Origin: Clostridium sp. CAG:288
Lineage (GTDB): Bacteria > Bacillota_I > Bacilli_A > RFN20 > CAG-288
Length of the DNA: 64,000 nt
Assembly: GCA_000437395.1 (NCBI GenBank)
Contig: FR898180.1
Span: forward strand, 3,377 to 67,376
Reading direction: 5' to 3'
The notes under the pieces were generated by a model, which ran no database searches, was not told the origin of the DNA, and worked only from the letters and a program-made list of their open reading frames with translations. Position numbers and translations under genes: made by a program. Shown piece after piece: positions 48,467 through 57,786 of the stretch (positions within the stretch are counted from its first letter, which is position 1; every line of letters starts with the position of its first letter).

Positions 48467-49716
48467 AGTTCATCATCTCCTATGAGCACATCCAAGTTGC
48501 TAACATCTACATTCTCTTTTTCACTTGTTTCTTCTAAATCGCTATTAGTTGCACTCTGTCTATGAGTAACTTGAGCATCTTTATTAATATATTTTTTGGC
48601 ATTTTTATCATTTCTATAAAGTGTTGCCATAGCATCATACGCCGTCTTAATATTTGATCTTTTAAGAGTTATTGCAACTTTTAAAACAAATTTTTCAGGC
48701 AATTTATTATCACAATGAGTAAGAGTGTAGTCTAAAATAAAATTTATAATGCCTGATGTAAACCCATACTCTTTAGATAAAGTATCAATAAGTTCAAGTT
48801 CAGATTTTAATGGTGTTGCTCCACTGACTAAACCCAAGAAATCTGCTGGACTAATATTCTCATATTCTCTTAGTGTTCTAGCACTTTCAGTATTACCTGA
48901 TGTATTAGATCTAATAAAGTCTTTCTTAGAGCCGTATTTAACTAAACTCATGGCTAAATTCTTAAAGTTTTCAACTGAAAAAACGTTATTACTAGAAATT
49001 GAATTTTCAACTAATTCTGCACATTTTTCTGGTTTGACACCATAAATTGTACCTATTCTTAATATTTCAGATAAATCATCATCGATTATTGCTTTATCGA
49101 CATGTCTCTCTTTCAGACCTTCATAAAAAACTTCTTTATCAAAATCTGATTCTACCGATTTAAATTGTTTATCAACAAATGATGTATAGCCATTTTCCAT
49201 TTCATAATATGGCTCATCTAAATCAATTAAATAAACGTCTGTTGCAGATGTTGACACATCGACATATTCCGAAGAAATAGAAGCACCAATTGCAAAGTGC
49301 TCTCTAGCATTAAGCATATATTTTTCACCCATTGTTTTACATAATAAACCTTTTAAAACAATGTTAGAATCTGAAAAGAATTTTTTAGGAGTGGCAGGTG
49401 GCAATAACTTATAAATATATTTAATTCCAGAAACATCTTCTTTTCTATATGTTTCAAGAAGATTAACTGCTTCAAGCTTTTTTCTATTAAGATCTAATTC
49501 ATTGATTGAGATTGCAAGTCTTTTAGCTAAGTCGCTATTAAACATCGAATCATATCTATTCTTATTTCCAATTAATGTATCAAGCATGTTGTAAAGACTA
49601 ATTGCTTCTGCTCCGACTATAGGACAATAAAGCCACATTAAAACTTCTCTATCGTTATATGATAAAGTATATTCTCTCCAAATTGAATAAACACTATTTT
49701 CTTCTAAAACAATCAT
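48463..49716 (-). CDS. dnaB: replication initiation and membrane attachment protein DnaB (DnaD-like domains)
   Basis: IWREYTLSYNDREVLMWLYCPIVGAEAISLYNML fits the Firmicute DnaB N-terminus, and the gene is adjacent to dnaI. Start moved to the ATG at 49716, which has GAGGT 5 nt upstream; the listed start is a TTG. Confidence 0.75.
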   Translation of the reverse strand: MIVLEENSVYSIWREYTLSYNDREVLMWLYCPIVGAEAISLYNMLDTLIGNKNRYDSMFNSDLAKRLAISINELDLNRKKLEAVNLLETYRKEDVSGIKYIYKLLPPATPKKFFSDSNIVLKGLLCKTMGEKYMLNAREHFAIGASISSEYVDVSTSATDVYLIDLDEPYYEMENGYTSFVDKQFKSVESDFDKEVFYEGLKERHVDKAIIDDDLSEILRIGTIYGVKPEKCAELVENSISSNNVFSVENFKNLAMSLVKYGSKKDFIRSNTSGNTESARTLREYENISPADFLGLVSGATPLKSELELIDTLSKEYGFTSGIINFILDYTLTHCDNKLPEKFVLKVAITLKRSNIKTAYDAMATLYRNDKNAKKYINKDAQVTHRQSATNSDLEETSEKENVDVSNLDVLIGDDEL

Positions 49717-50007
49717 AATAACCTCGTTCAATATTATAAGGTGCAGAAAATATTTAATCAACAAACACTTATAATCATTGCTTAAGTGTTCTTGTTTTTA
49801 TGCATTTTAAAAAATTATTTGTCTAAAATAAATAGTAGGATCACTTAACGGTTAGTTTAAGCAATAAGTATTTCTTATGGACAACTAAAAATAATGTTGT
49901 TTTTTGTTCAAATATATCTTTGTAAAAACGCTTACATAGGTTTTTGCATTGCTTAAACATATTAGGATGATAAAATAATTATGAATTATTCCGGAGGTAT
50001 TTATTAT

Positions 50008-50967
50008 ATGATTAAAAAAATTGGCGTATTGACAAGCGGTGGCGATGCTCCAGGCATGAATGCATGCCTAAGAGCAGTTGTTAGAGCCGGAATAAAAGCT
50101 GGGCTTGAAATGTACGCTATTCACGATGGCTATAAAGGAATTATTGATAGAAATATCGAAAAATTAGACAGACATTCTGTCAGTGATATTCTCAATCGCG
50201 GTGGTACTGTTATTGGCACTGCTAGATTGCCAGAATTTGCACAACCTGAAGTTCAAATGAAGGCTGTAGAAATCTTACAAAGTTATGGTATTGATGCCTT
50301 AGTAACTATTGGTGGAGATGGAACATATCAAGGCGCTTTAGCTTTAAGTCGTCGTGGAATCAATTGCATTGGCCTTCCAGGCACAATCGATAACGATATT
50401 GCTTCAACAGATTACACTATCGGTTTTGATACAGCCTTAAACTGCATCATTGAATGTGTTGATAGATTAAGAGATACATCAACATCACACCAACGTTGCT
50501 CTGTTATCGAAGTTATGGGTAGAAATTGTCCAGATTTAGCTGCATATGCTGGCGTTGCATGTGGTGCAGAAATCACTATCACTCAAGAAAGTGAATGGAC
50601 AAAAGAGAGCGTTATCGCTGAGCTTAAGAAACAAAAAGAAAGTGGTAAACGTCACGCTATTGTTATAGTTGCTGAACATATCTGCGATGTACATGAATTT
50701 GCACACGAAATTGAAAGAGATAGCGGCTTTGAAACAAAAGCTGAAGTATTAGGTCATATGCAACGTGGTGGAAGTCCTACCGCTTTTGATAGAGTTTTAG
50801 CATCTAAAATGGGCGACTACGCTGTTGACTTATTAATTAATGGTGTTAGCGGTGCTTGTGTCGGCTTAGTTAAAAATGAATTAAAGTATTATCCTATTGA
50901 AGAAGCATTAAAGCTTCCTAGACATTCTTGTAAAGACCTTCTTAAAGTTGGTGCTAGATTGGAGTAA
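50008..50967 (+). CDS. pfkA: ATP-dependent 6-phosphofructokinase
   Basis: IGVLTSGGDAPGMNA, GGDGT (as IGGDGT) and MGR motifs. Start at the internal ATG with GGAGGT upstream. Confidence 0.9.
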   Translation: MIKKIGVLTSGGDAPGMNACLRAVVRAGIKAGLEMYAIHDGYKGIIDRNIEKLDRHSVSDILNRGGTVIGTARLPEFAQPEVQMKAVEILQSYGIDALVTIGGDGTYQGALALSRRGINCIGLPGTIDNDIASTDYTIGFDTALNCIIECVDRLRDTSTSHQRCSVIEVMGRNCPDLAAYAGVACGAEITITQESEWTKESVIAELKKQKESGKRHAIVIVAEHICDVHEFAHEIERDSGFETKAEVLGHMQRGGSPTAFDRVLASKMGDYAVDLLINGVSGACVGLVKNELKYYPIEEALKLPRHSCKDLLKVGARLE

Positions 50968-50970
50968 TTT

Positions 50971-52431
50971 ATGATCAATAACATCTTCAAAAAAACAAAA
51001 ATCGTTTGTACTATTGGTCCTGCTAGTGAAAAACCAGAAGTCCTTGAGCAATTAATTCTTAATGGTATGAATATTGCTAGACTTAACTTTTCTCACGGAG
51101 ATTATGCTGAACACTTAGCAAAAATTAATACAATTAGAGCCTTAGAAAAGAAATTAAATATTCTAATTCCTATTATGTTAGATACAAAAGGCCCTGAAAT
51201 TAGAACACATAAATTCGAAGGTGGAAGTGCCTCAATAGTCACTGGTCAAACAATTCGAATTTGTATGAATGAAATTCTTGGAAACAATGAAAAATTTTCA
51301 GTTACATTCCCTGATTTATACGATGATGTTAAAGTTGGAGATCGTATTAAATTAGATGATGGAAACTTAACTTTAAAAGTTACTGGTAAAGATGAAGCAA
51401 CACGTGAAATTATCTGTGAAGCATTAAATCACCATGTTATTCGTGATAGACGTGGTATTAACTGCCCTGACACTCATCTTTCCCTTCCATTTATTTCAGA
51501 TAGAGACTATAAAGATTTAGTTTGGGGTTGCGTCCAAGGCGTAGATTATGTATCTGCTTCCTTTGTCCGTACAGCTGATGATGTTAACGAAATTAGAAAA
51601 ATATTAAAAGAACATGGCGGCGAACACATAAAGATTATATCTAAAGTTGAAAATACAGAATCAGTCGCAAACTTAGATGCAGTTATTAATGCTTCTGATG
51701 GGTTAATGGTTGCTAGAGGTGACTTAGGCGTTGAAGTTCCACCAGAAGACGTTCCAGTTATTCAAAGAGAGATGATAAGAAAATGTCGTATCTTAGGAAA
51801 ACCTGTAATTACTGCAACTCAAATGCTAGATTCAATGAAGACAAATCCAAATCCAACAAGAGCCGAAGTATCAGATGTTGCAAATGCTGTTTTAGAAAGT
51901 ACGGACTCAGTAATGCTTTCTGCTGAAAGTGCTTCAGGTGAATACCCTGTCGAAGCCGTTAGCATGCAAGCTAAAATCAGTTCAAGAATGGAAGAGTTCT
52001 TAAACTATGAAGCAATGGCTCAAGAGGCATATGATACATCTGCTAAAACACTTAACGATGCTATTGCAAACTCAGTCGCAAATACAGCTTTGCTTTTAAA
52101 CGCTAAACTTATTGTTTGTTTCTCGGAAACAGGTTCTACTGCTAGAAGAATGAGTAAGGCTAGACCAGTTTGCCCTGTTATTGAAGTATCAAATAATAGA
52201 GCTGCATGCATTTCAGGTATGATGAGCTGGGGTGTATATCCAAAATATGTAAAAATCGTTCCACAATTCATTGAAGAAATGGAAGTTTTAGCTATTCATT
52301 TAGCTAGAGTTTATAACATTCCTGCTGGCAGCAAGATTATTATTACTGGTGGTACTCCAGTCGGTGCTGGTAAGACAAACTTTATGAAAGTTATTACTCT
52401 CGATGAAGTTAAAGAGGATATCGATGCATGA
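50971..52431 (+). CDS. pyk: pyruvate kinase (no PEP-utilizer C-terminal domain)
   Basis: TKIVCTIGPAS, MVARGDLGVE and the K+/Mg2+ site motifs; 486 aa. Confidence 0.9.
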   Translation: MINNIFKKTKIVCTIGPASEKPEVLEQLILNGMNIARLNFSHGDYAEHLAKINTIRALEKKLNILIPIMLDTKGPEIRTHKFEGGSASIVTGQTIRICMNEILGNNEKFSVTFPDLYDDVKVGDRIKLDDGNLTLKVTGKDEATREIICEALNHHVIRDRRGINCPDTHLSLPFISDRDYKDLVWGCVQGVDYVSASFVRTADDVNEIRKILKEHGGEHIKIISKVENTESVANLDAVINASDGLMVARGDLGVEVPPEDVPVIQREMIRKCRILGKPVITATQMLDSMKTNPNPTRAEVSDVANAVLESTDSVMLSAESASGEYPVEAVSMQAKISSRMEEFLNYEAMAQEAYDTSAKTLNDAIANSVANTALLLNAKLIVCFSETGSTARRMSKARPVCPVIEVSNNRAACISGMMSWGVYPKYVKIVPQFIEEMEVLAIHLARVYNIPAGSKIIITGGTPVGAGKTNFMKVITLDEVKEDIDA

Positions 52432-53294
52432 AATCTGTAATTTCTGTCGACCTAGGAGCAACTAACTTAAGAGTTGGAGTCGTAAATGAAGATTTATCTT
52501 TAGGAGTTGTCTTAAGAGAACCATCAACAAAAAATAATCCTGATGCTTTGTATAACCAAATAAAGCGTATGATTATTGAGGTTTTAAAAACAACAGCAAA
52601 TGATATTAAATATGTCGGTATTTCTGCATGTGGTATTGTTAAAGATAACGTTATCGAAATACTTGCAAATCTCGGCATAGGAAGATTTGATTTGAAATCT
52701 TTAATCGAAAAAGATTTTCCAAATTTATCAGTCGAAATAGCTAACGATGCAAACGCTGCAGGTTATATGGAATCGCTACATGGTTCAGCAGCAAATGTTA
52801 GAACTAGTTATTTTATTACAATAAGTAGTGGTATTGGTGGTGTATTAATATACGACAACAAAATGGTAGATTTACCATTTGAAATCGGACATAACTTTAT
52901 TAATTACAAAAATAAATTCTATGAATTAGAAAAATTATGTTCAGGCAATGGTATTGTTAATTTGGCAAAGCTTAACGGTTTAGAAGTTAAGAATGCTGGT
53001 GATTTATTCTCTTTAAAAGTTAATGGAGATAAAAAAGCTTCAAAAGTTTACGATTTGTGGCTTCAATATATTTCCTCAGCTATAGCTAATATTCAGCTTA
53101 ATTATAATCCAGATGTAATAGTCTTAAGTGGTGGAGTTATGAAAAGTGCAACAATCTTCCAAGATGATTTGTTAGCTGTTGCAAATGCATTCATTGCACC
53201 ATTCCCTGTTAAGAAAATTAAATTTGTCCAAGCCAAGTTTGATCAAGACGCTGGTTTGATGGGTGGAGCGAGCTTAGCTCTTAAACATTTATAA
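52428..53294 (+). CDS. ROK-family sugar kinase (possible glucokinase) lacking the canonical Cys-rich zinc motif
   Basis: ISVDLGATNLRVGVV, GIGGVLIYD and EIGH. After the His only one Cys follows (LCSGNG), where ROK kinases have CxCGxxGCxE. It overlaps the pyk stop (ATGA). Confidence 0.65.
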   Translation: MKSVISVDLGATNLRVGVVNEDLSLGVVLREPSTKNNPDALYNQIKRMIIEVLKTTANDIKYVGISACGIVKDNVIEILANLGIGRFDLKSLIEKDFPNLSVEIANDANAAGYMESLHGSAANVRTSYFITISSGIGGVLIYDNKMVDLPFEIGHNFINYKNKFYELEKLCSGNGIVNLAKLNGLEVKNAGDLFSLKVNGDKKASKVYDLWLQYISSAIANIQLNYNPDVIVLSGGVMKSATIFQDDLLAVANAFIAPFPVKKIKFVQAKFDQDAGLMGGASLALKHL

Positions 53295-53339
53295 AATTTA
53301 AGCAAATTTATATTGCACTTTATAAAAATTAGATTATAC

Positions 53340-53567
53340 TAATAAACGTAAATCATATCTATATGGGCTATGATGAAGACACGTTCAAGCACAAAATTTA
53401 GAGAGTTCGATTAGGTGAAAGCGAACACGTGCAAGAATACCACTTCTGAGCCTTCTAGGTAACTAGACGCTACCAGCGTTATCGGTATTAAGAGATTTGA
53501 TATTATTTATCAAGTGAAAATAGGTGGTACCACGCTATATGCGTCCTTAAAAGGTACCTTTTTTTGT
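53340..53567 (+). promoter_or_regulatory. T-box riboswitch leader of thrS (probable Thr ACC specifier)
   Basis: AGAGA at 53399-53403 and a GA-motif in stem I. A candidate specifier ACC-A lies at 53439-53442. The T-box sequence AATAGGTGGTACCACGC is at 53519-53535. A terminator region with T7 follows at 53559-53566, directly before the thrS RBS. Confidence 0.75.
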
Positions 53568-53584
53568 TTCATGGAGGTAATATT

Positions 53585-55495
53585 ATGAAATTGAAACTTA
53601 AAGATGGAAAAGTTCTTGAATTAGAAAACGCTCAAGACGGTTTATCAATTGCTAAGGCTATAGCTGTATCTTTAGCTAAGAAAGCCATTGCAATTAAAGT
53701 TGATGGTGAATTAGAAGACTTATCAACAGTTATTGATCACGATGCAGAAATTGAAATTATAACAAAAGAAAGTCCAGAAGCTTTCCAAATTTTAAACCAT
53801 TCTGCAGCACATGTTTTAGCCCAAGCTATTATGAGATTATATCCTGATGCTCAATTGGAATATGGCCCAAGTATTGAGGAAGGTTTCTTCTACGATATCG
53901 GATTCTCTTCTCCAGTTTCTGAAGCTGATTTTGCTAAAATCGAAAAAGAAATGTCAAAAATTGCTGATGAAGCTTTACCTATTGTTAGAGAAGAAGTCTC
54001 ATTAGAAAAAGCTAAAGAATTATTTGCAAATCAAAAGTATAAATTAGCACACTTAGATGAAATCGAAGGTAAGTTAACAATATATAGACAGGGTGAATTC
54101 TACGATTTATGCCGTGGCCCACACGTTTCTAACACAAAGTATTGTAAGCACATTAAACTTACATCAATTTCTGGTGCCTATTATAAAGGTGACTCTAAAA
54201 ATGAACAATTAACACGTATTTACGGAACATGTTTCTTCAGTGCTGAAGAACTTGAAAATCACCTTAAATTACTCGAAGAAAGAAAACAATCAGATCACAG
54301 AAAGCTTGGTAAAGAACTCGGTTTATTTATGATTTCTGATTATGGTCCAGGTTTCCCTTTCTTCCTTCCAAACGGAATGATTTTAAGAAGAGAACTTGAA
54401 AATTTCTGGTATGATATTCATACAGAAGAAGGCTACGTCTTTGTTAAAACTCCTATTATTCTTTCTAGAGAATTATGGGAAACATCAGGCCACTGGGCTA
54501 ACTACAAAGAAAATATGTATACAACAACAATCGATGATGGCATTTATGCTATTAAGCCAATGAACTGTCCAGGTGGTATGCTCGTTTATAAAAATGAAAT
54601 TCACTCTTATAGAGACTTACCAATTAGAATGGGTGAATTAGGTTTAGTTCATAGACATGAAGCCTCAGGTGCTTTAAATGGTTTATTTAGAGTTCGTAAC
54701 TTTACACAAGATGATGCCCATATCTTCCTTAGACCTGACCAATTAGAAGATGAAATGAATAGACTTCTTAAGCTATTCAAGAGAATTTATGATACATTTG
54801 GCCTTTCATACAAGATTGTTTTATCTACAAGACCTGAAGATAAATATATCGGTAGTATTGAAACATGGAATCGTTCAGAAGCTATCCTTGAAAAAGTTTT
54901 AATTGAAAACGGTGTTGATTATAAGATTAATCCAGGTGATGGTGCATTCTATGGTCCAAAACTCGACTTCAAGCTCAAGGATTCAATGAATCGTATATGG
55001 CAATGTGGTACAATTCAATTAGATATGAACTTACCAGAAAGATTTGATTTGACATATGTCGATGCTGATGGTGAAAAGAAGAGACCTATTATGCTTCACA
55101 GAGCTATCTATGGTTCACTTGAAAGATTTATCGGTATCTTAATCGAAAACTTTAAGGGTGCCTTCCCAACTTGGATGTCACCAAGACAAGTAGTCGTTTT
55201 ACCAGTAAGTAAAGAAGAAAATCAAGTTAGAATTGCAAACGAAATTGTTAGCGCTCTTAAAAAATTAAAGATCAGAGCTGAAATAGATGACCGTGATGAA
55301 AAGATTTCCTATCGTATGAGAGACGCTCAAGTTAAAAAGACTCCTTATACACTTGTTATTGGTGCTAAAGAAGTCGAAACTGGAAATGTCACATATAGAA
55401 TATTCGGTTCCAAAGATTCATTCACTGTTTCATACGATGAATTCGTAAAACTCATTTCTTCAGATATTGCTGAAAAGAAATTAAAGAGATTCTAA
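53585..55495 (+). CDS. thrS: threonine--tRNA ligase
   Basis: TGS domain, editing-domain HxxxH (LNHSAAH), class II motifs, and a C-terminal anticodon-binding domain. Start at the ATG with GGAGGT upstream. Confidence 0.9.
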   Translation: MKLKLKDGKVLELENAQDGLSIAKAIAVSLAKKAIAIKVDGELEDLSTVIDHDAEIEIITKESPEAFQILNHSAAHVLAQAIMRLYPDAQLEYGPSIEEGFFYDIGFSSPVSEADFAKIEKEMSKIADEALPIVREEVSLEKAKELFANQKYKLAHLDEIEGKLTIYRQGEFYDLCRGPHVSNTKYCKHIKLTSISGAYYKGDSKNEQLTRIYGTCFFSAEELENHLKLLEERKQSDHRKLGKELGLFMISDYGPGFPFFLPNGMILRRELENFWYDIHTEEGYVFVKTPIILSRELWETSGHWANYKENMYTTTIDDGIYAIKPMNCPGGMLVYKNEIHSYRDLPIRMGELGLVHRHEASGALNGLFRVRNFTQDDAHIFLRPDQLEDEMNRLLKLFKRIYDTFGLSYKIVLSTRPEDKYIGSIETWNRSEAILEKVLIENGVDYKINPGDGAFYGPKLDFKLKDSMNRIWQCGTIQLDMNLPERFDLTYVDADGEKKRPIMLHRAIYGSLERFIGILIENFKGAFPTWMSPRQVVVLPVSKEENQVRIANEIVSALKKLKIRAEIDDRDEKISYRMRDAQVKKTPYTLVIGAKEVETGNVTYRIFGSKDSFTVSYDEFVKLISSDIAEKKLKRF

Positions 55496-55503
55496 AAATA
55501 TAT

Positions 55504-55531
55504 AGCTCGGATTAGTTTCCGAGCTTTTTTG
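55504..55531 (+). terminator. rho-independent terminator of thrS
   Basis: agctcgga-ttagtt-tccgagct followed by ttttttg. Confidence 0.7.
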
Positions 55532-55546
55532 TTTGAAAATTTATAA

Positions 55547-55575
55547 TTAAAAAGAGTGCCGAGGAATAGCACTCT
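55547..55575 (-). terminator. rho-independent terminator of the mraZ-rsmH-ftsL operon
   Basis: agagtgc-cgaggaata-gcactct, with an A-run on the plus strand (the U-tract on the minus transcript). Confidence 0.6.
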
Positions 55576-55602
55576 ATATATAAAAATAAAGGAAGGAACA
55601 AT

Positions 55603-55812
55603 TTAATCTTTCATTTGATTATTTAACTTAGTAATGTCCGAATCAATATTGTGAATTTCCATTTCTAAGCGTTGATTTGTCGATGAATTTGAGCTAATTA
55701 AAGGAACCATAACAGATGTCACACCTGCGGCAAAAACTAAAGATACAATTGCAATAACTCTTAATCTAAATGCACGTCTAGATATTTTGTTTTTTGTTAA
55801 CTTTTCTTTCAT
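55603..55812 (-). CDS. ftsL: FtsL-like small cell-division membrane protein
   Basis: 69 aa: a basic N-terminus, one TM (VIAIVSLVFAAGVTSVMV), then a short coiled-coil. It sits directly after rsmH. Confidence 0.55.
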   Translation of the reverse strand: MKEKLTKNKISRRAFRLRVIAIVSLVFAAGVTSVMVPLISSNSSTNQRLEMEIHNIDSDITKLNNQMKD

Positions 55813-55813
55813 G

Positions 55814-56746
55814 TTATTCTTTCCTTTCTATAACTCTTAATTTAGCTGGTTTAGAACGAAGATTAGCTTCAATTTCTCTTTCACTAGGAGCTACTGGTTT
55901 TCTAGTAACTAACTCGTAATCTAATTGAATATCTTGCTCTGGAACCCATTTATCTGTTGCGGGTTTAACAGCATACTTTTTAAACATATTCTTTATTAAT
56001 CCATCTTCCAATGAATTAAAGGTAATAACAGCTAATCTTCCACCATTTGATAGAAAATTAATACCTTTATCAACACCAATTTCAATTTCTGTTTTTTCCT
56101 TGTTAACTTCATATCTTATTCCAAGGAATGTTTGCTTTGCAGGATGTCCAACTTTGCTTAATACTTTGTTAGGCAAAGCTTTTTTTATCACATCAACAAG
56201 TTCAAATGTAGTATGAATTGGTTTGATTTCTCTACTATTAACGATTTCTCTAGCAATTAATGAAGCAAATTTCTCTTCACCATAATCGTAAATAACGTGT
56301 CTTAATTGTTCATAACTATATGTATTAACAACTATTTCGGCTGTTAATTTATCTTCCTGATTCATTCTCATATCAAGAGGAGCATCGAATCTATATGAAA
56401 ATCCTCTTTCAGGATTATCAAATTGTGGAGATGAAACTCCTAAGTCATAAAGAATTGCATCGACATGTGTTACACCGATTTTCTTTAACTCATCAACTGC
56501 ATCTGAGAAATTAGAATGAATAAGCGTAAAGTTATTACCGATTTTACTCAATCTTTGTTTTGAAAATTCAAGAGCTGTTTGATCTCTATCAACGCCGTAT
56601 AAATATCCAAATGGAATCTTCTTAAGTATTTCACTTGAATGTCCTGCGCGTCCTAAAGTCATATCTACAACAATTGAATTTGGTTTTAAATCAAGCAAAG
56701 TAATAGTTTCATTCAACAACACTGGAGCATGATAATTACTTTCCAT
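55814..56746 (-). CDS. rsmH: 16S rRNA (cytosine1402-N4)-methyltransferase
   Basis: HAPVLLNE...VDMTLGRAGHS...DLGVSSPQFD. Start at the ATG after the GGAGGT that is embedded in the mraZ 3' end. Confidence 0.9.
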   Translation of the reverse strand: MESNYHAPVLLNETITLLDLKPNSIVVDMTLGRAGHSSEILKKIPFGYLYGVDRDQTALEFSKQRLSKIGNNFTLIHSNFSDAVDELKKIGVTHVDAILYDLGVSSPQFDNPERGFSYRFDAPLDMRMNQEDKLTAEIVVNTYSYEQLRHVIYDYGEEKFASLIAREIVNSREIKPIHTTFELVDVIKKALPNKVLSKVGHPAKQTFLGIRYEVNKEKTEIEIGVDKGINFLSNGGRLAVITFNSLEDGLIKNMFKKYAVKPATDKWVPEQDIQLDYELVTRKPVAPSEREIEANLRSKPAKLRVIERKE

Positions 56747-57173
56747 AATTACCTCCAATTAACTCGCTAGCAAGTGTTGAATAATTATCTTCCTCGTTTA
56801 CTTCATTGTTACGATAGACTTCACTATCCCAAATTTCCAAATGATCTGACATGCCAACAACAACAACTTCTTTTTTGATACCAACTTTATCTGTCATTAT
56901 TTTAGGAAGTTGAATTCTTCCTTGCTTGTCCATTGATAAATCGAATGAATTAGCGAAGAAAACACGTTTAACGCTTCTGGCTGCACTTGAGAAGTCATCT
57001 AAAGAATTGATCTTCTCAGCTTTCTTCTTATAAATTTCTGAAGGGTAGAATGAGAGGCATTTATCGAAATCTAAGACCATATAAAAACTATATCCTAATT
57101 CTTCCCTATATCTTGTAGGAAGAACAAGGCGGTTTTTTTCATCGATAAGGTTAACTGTTTGTCCTAGAAACAT
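56736..57173 (-). CDS. mraZ: transcriptional regulator MraZ
   Basis: MFLGQTVNLIDEKNRLVLPTRYR and a second DxxGR repeat (MDKQGRIQLP). Start at the ATG 8 nt after GGAGG. Confidence 0.85.
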   Translation of the reverse strand: MFLGQTVNLIDEKNRLVLPTRYREELGYSFYMVLDFDKCLSFYPSEIYKKKAEKINSLDDFSSAARSVKRVFFANSFDLSMDKQGRIQLPKIMTDKVGIKKEVVVVGMSDHLEIWDSEVYRNNEVNEEDNYSTLASELIGGNYGK

Positions 57174-57258
57174 TCCAATCGCCTCCACTTTATTCCCTTT
57201 CTATCCATATTCTAACACCAGAGTATCATTATCGCAACAAAAATTTATATTTTTATGC

Positions 57259-57286
57259 AAAAGAAAAGCTACCATAAAGGTAGCTA
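57259..57286 (-). terminator. rho-independent terminator of the pheST-thyX-DUF177 operon
   Basis: agctacc-ataaa-ggtagct with an A-run on the plus strand. Confidence 0.6.
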
Positions 57287-57294
57287 TACATTCA

Positions 57295-57786
57295 TTATTT
57301 TGTTAAGTCCTCGTCATCAAACTCAATATTTGAAAACGCATTTCCTTTGCTTGCTTGATATTCGTCTTCAGAAACAATTTCAATACCATTAATTATTTTT
57401 TTTGATAATTTCGTCGTTGAATAATTAGTTGGGATTGCATCGTAATATAAAGCTAAGGCTATCGGTCTAAAGTCGATCGAACCTGTAGTATCAAATTCTA
57501 CATCAGATTCTATATCTTCATTTTGTGAAACCATAATTTCGTCAGAAACATTCTTTTTAAATGTCTTATATTTAAAATCGTGATCATCAAGAATTGTAAC
57601 TACAACTTTTAATTCTAACGAAACTAAATATGCACTTTCAGCAACTTTAGTAGCATAAATACTTGCTTCTAGAGTTTTAACGTCTTTAACATTAGGAGTA
57701 ACTTTTAATTCTTTTGGTGTAAGTTCTAATTCAAAAGTTCTTCCTTCATCATTTAATCTAGCAATATTTTGCAAAGTGTATTTCAT
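57295..57786 (-). CDS. DUF177/YceD-like protein (no Cys motif)
   Basis: 163 aa and acidic. N-terminal YTLQNIARLNDEGRTFELELTPKEL resembles the YceD/YlbN family. It overlaps the thyX stop. Confidence 0.45.
   Translation of the reverse strand: MKYTLQNIARLNDEGRTFELELTPKELKVTPNVKDVKTLEASIYATKVAESAYLVSLELKVVVTILDDHDFKYKTFKKNVSDEIMVSQNEDIESDVEFDTTGSIDFRPIALALYYDAIPTNYSTTKLSKKIINGIEIVSEDEYQASKGNAFSNIEFDDEDLTK

Noticed and set aside
49790-49830. Hairpin aacactta…taagtgtt plus a T-run upstream of pfkA as a terminator or attenuator
   Set aside because: There is no upstream plus-strand gene to terminate, and a riboswitch is unlikely before pfkA. It is probably a chance structure or a remnant.
49905-49925. 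cre-like palindrome tgtaaaaacgcttaca upstream of pfkA
   Set aside because: The arms match TGTAA/TTACA, but the centre is 6 nt rather than the 4 nt of the CcpA cre consensus (TGWNANCGNTNWCA), so the register does not fit.
53399-53420. gagagttcgattagg resembling a tRNA T-arm (GTTCGA)
   Set aside because: It is part of T-box stem I (the AGAGA box). No acceptor or anticodon arms are present, and no tRNA gene is detectable anywhere in the window.
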